Shown here piece by piece: positions 59,267 to 64,000 of a stretch of DNA of 64,000 bases (position 1 is its first letter; each line of letters begins with the position of its first letter). Source of the stretch: Chloroflexota bacterium. GTDB taxonomy: Bacteria > Chloroflexota > UBA11872 > VXOZ01. The translations under genes were made by a program, and so were the position numbers. A model generated the notes under the pieces. It saw nothing but the letters and a program-made list of their open reading frames with translations, did not search any database and was not told where the DNA came from. The DNA lies in assembly GCA_963662335.2 (NCBI GenBank), contig CAXXVD010000001.1, positions 480,001 through 544,000 of the forward strand, read 5' to 3'.

Positions 59267-59872
59267 ATGGCCTTTACCGTGAAAGACCTTAAGTTCGGCA
59301 AGGATGCCCTGGACGGCATATCGGAAAAGACGCTCACCGTGCACCACGATACGCTCTACGCGGGTTACGTGAACAAGCGCAACGAGATCGAGGAAGGTCT
59401 GAAGGGCGTGGACCGCTCTACGGCCAACCAGGCCTACAGCGCCTACCGCGCCCTGAAGCTGGAAGAGACCTTTGCCGCCGACGGCCAGATTCTGCACGAA
59501 CTGTATTTCGATACCCTGGGCGGCAACGGCGAGGCCGGCGGCGAACTGGCGGATAAGATTGCCGAAGACTTCGGTTCCTGGGACGCCTTCATCGAGGACG
59601 CCCGCGCCTGCGCCATGGCCGCCCGCGGCTGGATGGTCACGGCCCTCGACCCGACCGACGGCAAGATCCATAACTTCCTCTGCGACGTGCACAACCAGGG
59701 CGGCGTCTGGGGCACGGTGCCGCTCTGGACGATCGACACCTACGAGCACGCGTACTTCATGGACTACGGCAGCGACCGCCCCTCCTACATCACGGCGCTC
59801 CTCAAGAACGTGGACTGGGACGCGGTGAACGAGCGGTATCAGGCGGCAAAGGCGTCGCTGGCGGCGCGCTAG
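59267..59872 (+). CDS. Fe/Mn superoxide dismutase family protein (divergent)
   Basis: Metal ligands in HHDTLY, LHELYF and IDTYEHAY; FGSW. Confidence 0.88.
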   Translation: MAFTVKDLKFGKDALDGISEKTLTVHHDTLYAGYVNKRNEIEEGLKGVDRSTANQAYSAYRALKLEETFAADGQILHELYFDTLGGNGEAGGELADKIAEDFGSWDAFIEDARACAMAARGWMVTALDPTDGKIHNFLCDVHNQGGVWGTVPLWTIDTYEHAYFMDYGSDRPSYITALLKNVDWDAVNERYQAAKASLAAR

Positions 59873-60150
59873 GCCCGGCCACTTTTCCGCAGCGATTGAT
59901 GCGGCCTGTTTCCTGTCCGATATTGCGGCGTGTGCCGGAATGTCGGTCAAGAAGCAGGCCGTTGCTTTGCTCTCTTGCCTCCCATCGGCGGCAATACTCG
60001 TAGCCGTCACGCCGCGCGGCTGCTACAATGACACCGCATACGGTGTCTGGAACAGCGGCGCGGTAGGGGCACGACATGTCGTGCCCCTGCCGGGAATGGG
60101 GTCGTGCCCCAACTGGGATTGAAATACACGCGGGAAGAGAGGCCGGAGCG

Positions 60151-60942
60151 GTGAGTCTTGCAGCGGAAATCGAGGAAACTTGCGCGCCGGCGGGAGCACT
60201 GGCCGTCTGGAGTCTAGGCCAGGCGGGATTCGCCTTCAAGTCGAGCCAGGGCGCGGTCGTCTACGTCGATCCGTATCTTGGCGATGCCTGCAACCAACTT
60301 TACGGCCTAGAGCGCCTGATGCCGCCGCCGCTGGCCGCTGATGAAGTGCGGGCCGGCTACGTGCTCGCCACCCACAACCATGCCGACCACCTGGACCCGG
60401 ACGCCTTTCCCACAATCGCGCAGCACAACGCGTGCGCGCTCCTCATCGGCCCTTCCTCGTGCACCAACGCCATGCGCGCGCTCGGCATTCCGGCCAGCCA
60501 GACGTACACCCTCAATCACGACGACGTGCTGCACAGCGGCAGCGTGAAGATTCACGCCACCTTCGCCAACCACGTCTGGGGCGACCCGGACGACGCGCCC
60601 GACGCAGTTGGATATGTCATTGACTTTGGCGACGTGCGCGTGTACGTCAGCGGCGACACGCTCTACCACGAGCGTATGGAGGGCATTGCCGAACTGCAAC
60701 CGCACCTGGCGTGCATCTGCATCAATGGGCGTTGGGGCAACATGCCGGCGCACGAGGCCGCCCATCTCGCCACCGTGCTGCGCGCCCACACCGCCGTACC
60801 CACGCATTACAACATGTTCGCGAACAACACCGCCGACCCTGCCGACTTCGGCCGCGCTTTGCAAACGGAAGGTGGTAGCGTGCAACCGCTGGTCCTCACG
60901 CCGGGCCGGCGCGTGTTCTATCCGGAAAGGGAGTCCTCATGA
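60151..60942 (+). CDS. MBL-fold metallo-hydrolase (UlaG-like)
   Basis: LGQAGF, VDPYL, THNHADHLD, SGDT, INGRWGNM and PTHY; start GTG 60151. Confidence 0.85.
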   Translation: MSLAAEIEETCAPAGALAVWSLGQAGFAFKSSQGAVVYVDPYLGDACNQLYGLERLMPPPLAADEVRAGYVLATHNHADHLDPDAFPTIAQHNACALLIGPSSCTNAMRALGIPASQTYTLNHDDVLHSGSVKIHATFANHVWGDPDDAPDAVGYVIDFGDVRVYVSGDTLYHERMEGIAELQPHLACICINGRWGNMPAHEAAHLATVLRAHTAVPTHYNMFANNTADPADFGRALQTEGGSVQPLVLTPGRRVFYPERESS

Positions 60943-62222
60943 GCCAGAAGCGCGTTCTGAAAGCCGACTGGGCCTTTACCGCCACCGGCGCCGACCTCAT
61001 CGAACAGGCGGCGGTCGTGCTGGAAGACGGGCGCATCGCGTACGTGGGGCCGGCGGCGGAACTTGGCCCGAATCACCTGGCCGGCGCGGTTGTCGAGGAA
61101 TTGCCCGGCCACACGCTGCTGCCCGGCCTGATAGACGGGCACACCCACCTCAGCTTCACCGCCGGCCGCCACCACGCGGAGGTGGTGGACGAAATCAGCC
61201 GCGAGACCGACATGGAACAGGTGGTGCGCACGGCGGCAAACGCCCAGAAGTGCCTGCGCGCCGGCTTGACCACCGTGCGCGACCTGGGCGGACGCCGCGA
61301 CGTGGTGCCCACGGTGCGCGACGCCATCGCCAGCGGCAGGATTGCCGGGCCGCGCATTCTCTCCTGCAACGTGCCCATCACGGTCACCGGCGGCCACATC
61401 CACTTCGTCGGCTGGGAAGCCAATGAGGACTGGGAGTTGCGCCGGGCCGTGCGCACGCTCATCAAGGAAGGCGCGGACGTGATCAAGATCTGCGCCAGCG
61501 GCGGCAACATGACCGCCGAGTCCAATCCCCTCATGGTGCAGTACAGCGCCGAACAACTGGGCGTGGTGGTCGCGGAGGCGCACAAACTCGACACGCCGGT
61601 GGCCGCCCACGCCATTCCCACCGATAGCATCCGCAACTGCATCGCGGCCGGCATCGACACCATCGAGCACTGCGTCTGGCTGGGCGCCGACGGCGGCTAC
61701 GACTACGATGAAGCGGCCATGGCGACGGCGGTCGCCAAAGACCTGACGGTTTCGATAACGCTCGCCGGCGTCTTTCGCGGCTACCTGGCCGACATGCCGC
61801 TCAGCGACGAAATACGCGCGGCCATGGACATCCAGGGGCCGCTGGAAGAAGAGCGCGTGGCGCAATTCCGCAAGATCTGGCAGTCGGGCGTAAATCTCAT
61901 CGTCTCCAGTGACGCGGGGGTGCGCTACACGCCGTTTGACGATTACTACGTGTCGCTCCGCTGCGCCGTGGAGTTGCTCGGCATCCCGGCTAAAGAGGTA
62001 CTGCTGATGGCCACGCGCAATCCCGCGAAAGGCCTGGGTCTCTTGGACGAGCGCGGCGCCCTGGAAGCGGGCAAGGTTGCCGACGTGATCGCGGTGGAGG
62101 GCAATCCGCTGGCGGACATCAAGGCCATGGCAAACGTGAAACTCACCATCCTGGGCGGCGCGGTCATGTTCCGCGACGGCATGATCGACGCGCCGCGCAC
62201 AACCGAATTGGGAGCCAGCTAA
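60939..62222 (+). CDS. Amidohydrolase family protein (Xaa-Pro dipeptidase-like subgroup)
   Basis: LPGLIDGHTH, GLTTVRDLG, IKICASGG, AAHA, TIEH, SSDAG and LEAGKVAD. Confidence 0.88.
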   Translation: MSQKRVLKADWAFTATGADLIEQAAVVLEDGRIAYVGPAAELGPNHLAGAVVEELPGHTLLPGLIDGHTHLSFTAGRHHAEVVDEISRETDMEQVVRTAANAQKCLRAGLTTVRDLGGRRDVVPTVRDAIASGRIAGPRILSCNVPITVTGGHIHFVGWEANEDWELRRAVRTLIKEGADVIKICASGGNMTAESNPLMVQYSAEQLGVVVAEAHKLDTPVAAHAIPTDSIRNCIAAGIDTIEHCVWLGADGGYDYDEAAMATAVAKDLTVSITLAGVFRGYLADMPLSDEIRAAMDIQGPLEEERVAQFRKIWQSGVNLIVSSDAGVRYTPFDDYYVSLRCAVELLGIPAKEVLLMATRNPAKGLGLLDERGALEAGKVADVIAVEGNPLADIKAMANVKLTILGGAVMFRDGMIDAPRTTELGAS

Positions 62223-62236
62223 GGAGATTCTACCCC

Positions 62237-63628
62237 ATGGCGGCGCAGTTGCTATCCGACATTCGCATCCGAGAAGTTGAGACCTACTTCACCGACGAGC
62301 GCGCGCGCACGCCGCTGAAGTTCGGCGGGGTCACTATGGAGGAGTCCACCCACGTGCGGGTGCGCGTGGCGGTTGAAAACCGCGCCGGGCAGACGGCGGA
62401 GGGTTGGGGCAGCATGTTTCTGGCGATCGGCTGGGCCTGGCCGACCGAGGCCGTGGGCGCGATGGAGCGCGACGCCGCAATGCGCCAGGTGGTGGAACGC
62501 TACGCCAAGTCGCTGGCGGGCCACGCCGGCTACGCGCACCCCATCGACATCGCACTCAAGACTGAGCCCACGCTCCTCAGCAACGCCGCCGACGCCAGCC
62601 GCGCCCTGGGGCTTGCCGAGTCGATGCCGGTGCTCGCCTCGCTGGTGTGCGGTTCGCCCTTCGACGGCGCGCTCCACGACGCCTTCGGCAACGTGAACGG
62701 CATTTCCAGCTACGACGGCTACTCCGACGAGTTCATGGCGGAAGACCTGAGCGCGTATCTGGGCCCTGCGTTCAAGGGGCAGTACTTGGACGACTACGTG
62801 CGCAGCGCCTACGTGGCGGAGATGCCGGTCTTCCACCTGGTCGGCGGCCTGGACAAGCTCTGGGAGCGCGAGATTACGTCCGACGACCCGGACGACGGCG
62901 AGCCGGTCTCCCTGGACCAATGGATCGCCCGGGACGGCGTCTACTGCCTGAAGATCAAGCTTCTCGGCAACGATATGGACTGGGACGTGCAGCGCACGTT
63001 GGACGTCTACGCCGTGGGCAAGGAGTCGCTGGCCAAACAGGGCCGAGAGGAAATCTACCTTACCGCCGACACCAACGAGATCTGCGAGACGCCGGACTAT
63101 ATGGTGGAGTATCTGGAGCGGGTGCGAGAGCAGGCGCCGGCGGCCTACGACGCCCTGCTCTACGTGGAACAGCCGACGCACCGCGATTTGGACAGAGCGC
63201 CGTTCCGCATGGACGGCATTGACAAGCTCAAGCCGGTCATCATGGACGAAAGCCTCTATAACCACCGCCAGTACGAGCGCGCCAAAGAGTTGGGCTGGTC
63301 GGGCATCGCGCTGAAAGTCTGCAAGGGCCACTCGCACAGCCTGCTCTTCACCGCGCTGGCGACCCACGACGGCCTTCCCTACACCGTGCAAGACCTCACC
63401 AATCCCGACCTGTCGCTCATCCACTCGGTGAGCTTTGCGGCGCGCATCAATCCCATGATGGGCGTGGAGTGCAATTCGCGCCAGTTCTTCCCAGCCTCCA
63501 ATGCCGCCGTGGCCGCCGTGCACCCGCGCATCGCCAACGTGCGCAACGGCGTGGCGCACACGGCGACGCTCACGGGAACCGGCCTCGGCTACCAGGTGGA
63601 ACGCATCCTCGCGCAGACTGCTACCTAA
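62237..63628 (+). CDS. Enolase superfamily protein (mandelate racemase/epimerase-like)
   Basis: PLKFG, LKIK, ADTNE, YVEQP, MDES, ALKVCKG and QDLT; AAGGAG RBS. Confidence 0.78.
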   Translation: MAAQLLSDIRIREVETYFTDERARTPLKFGGVTMEESTHVRVRVAVENRAGQTAEGWGSMFLAIGWAWPTEAVGAMERDAAMRQVVERYAKSLAGHAGYAHPIDIALKTEPTLLSNAADASRALGLAESMPVLASLVCGSPFDGALHDAFGNVNGISSYDGYSDEFMAEDLSAYLGPAFKGQYLDDYVRSAYVAEMPVFHLVGGLDKLWEREITSDDPDDGEPVSLDQWIARDGVYCLKIKLLGNDMDWDVQRTLDVYAVGKESLAKQGREEIYLTADTNEICETPDYMVEYLERVREQAPAAYDALLYVEQPTHRDLDRAPFRMDGIDKLKPVIMDESLYNHRQYERAKELGWSGIALKVCKGHSHSLLFTALATHDGLPYTVQDLTNPDLSLIHSVSFAARINPMMGVECNSRQFFPASNAAVAAVHPRIANVRNGVAHTATLTGTGLGYQVERILAQTAT

Positions 63629-63687
63629 GGAGGCATGCCTTACAGGATAGGGCGCGTCGTGCTAGAGTGGAGGGGAAGGAGCGGCAG

Positions 63688-64000
63688 ATGGCGATTATCG
63701 ACACCTACAGGGTTTTCGAGAACCTTACGGGCGCGGGCTTCGATGAAGCCCAGGCCAAGGCGTTGGTCGGCGCGGTAATGGAGTCCCACGATACCGTTGC
63801 GACCAAAGCCGACCTGCAAGCGGTCAAGACCGACCTGCAAACCGAGATTGCTGACGTGCGCGGTGAGGTCCAAGCCCTGGCGCAAAGAACTGAAGCCGAA
63901 TTCGCCAGCGTGCGCGCTGAAGGCCAGACCCACGCACAGGAGAATAGGGCCGAGTTTGCCAGCGTCCGCGCCGAAATCCAAGCCTTATCGCAAAAGTGGG
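63688..64000 (+). CDS. DUF1640/CCDC90-like coiled-coil repeat protein, 5' part (runs off the window end)
   Basis: Manual translation MAIIDTYRVFENLTGAGFDEAQAKALV...VATKADL; AAGGAG RBS; 54-bp repeat units at 63841, 63895 and 63949. Confidence 0.75.
   Translation, partial: MAIIDTYRVFENLTGAGFDEAQAKALVGAVMESHDTVATKADLQAVKTDLQTEIADVRGEVQALAQRTEAEFASVRAEGQTHAQENRAEFASVRAEIQALSQKW

Noticed and set aside
63640-63981. Minus-strand 113-aa ORF
   Set aside because: The plus-strand frame from ATG 63688 has an RBS and a recognisable coiled-coil pattern.

Overview
High-GC bacterial chromosomal DNA, most likely Chloroflexota (inference from the DUF2298/YYY plus TIGR03663-type membrane pair, the short YtxH-associated membrane genes, Tat-lipoprotein solute-binding proteins and many paralogous amidohydrolases, DegT aminotransferases and enolase-superfamily enzymes). 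About 50 CDS are supportable. Housekeeping genes include glyA (5' part), sthA, coaE, an rlmD-like methyltransferase, a groEL without adjacent groES, mutL and a superoxide dismutase. Also present are an AapJQMP-like amino-acid ABC transporter with a duplicated binding protein, a putative glycine-betaine demethylation route (BHMT-like, dimethylglycine dehydrogenase-like, monomeric sarcosine oxidase, plus glyA), a putative envelope glycosylation operon, and a ~13 kb paralog-rich catabolic cluster of unknown substrate. No rRNA, tRNA, CRISPR array, integrase or transposase was recognised. Intergenic DNA is unusually rich in structure: at least seven families of REP-like palindromes (three starting with GTAG), BIME-like amplifications (35 bp and 118 bp periods), short tandem repeats of 15-21 bp, one REP fragment inside a coding sequence, and several long imperfect hairpins. 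The best candidates for something undescribed are the leader hairpin covering the ribosome-binding site of the BHMT-like gene, the GTAG-bounded structured element between mutL and a DegT gene, a 21-bp phased motif array upstream of groEL, and several apparent pseudoenzymes. All product calls come from motif recognition by eye; no database searches were run.
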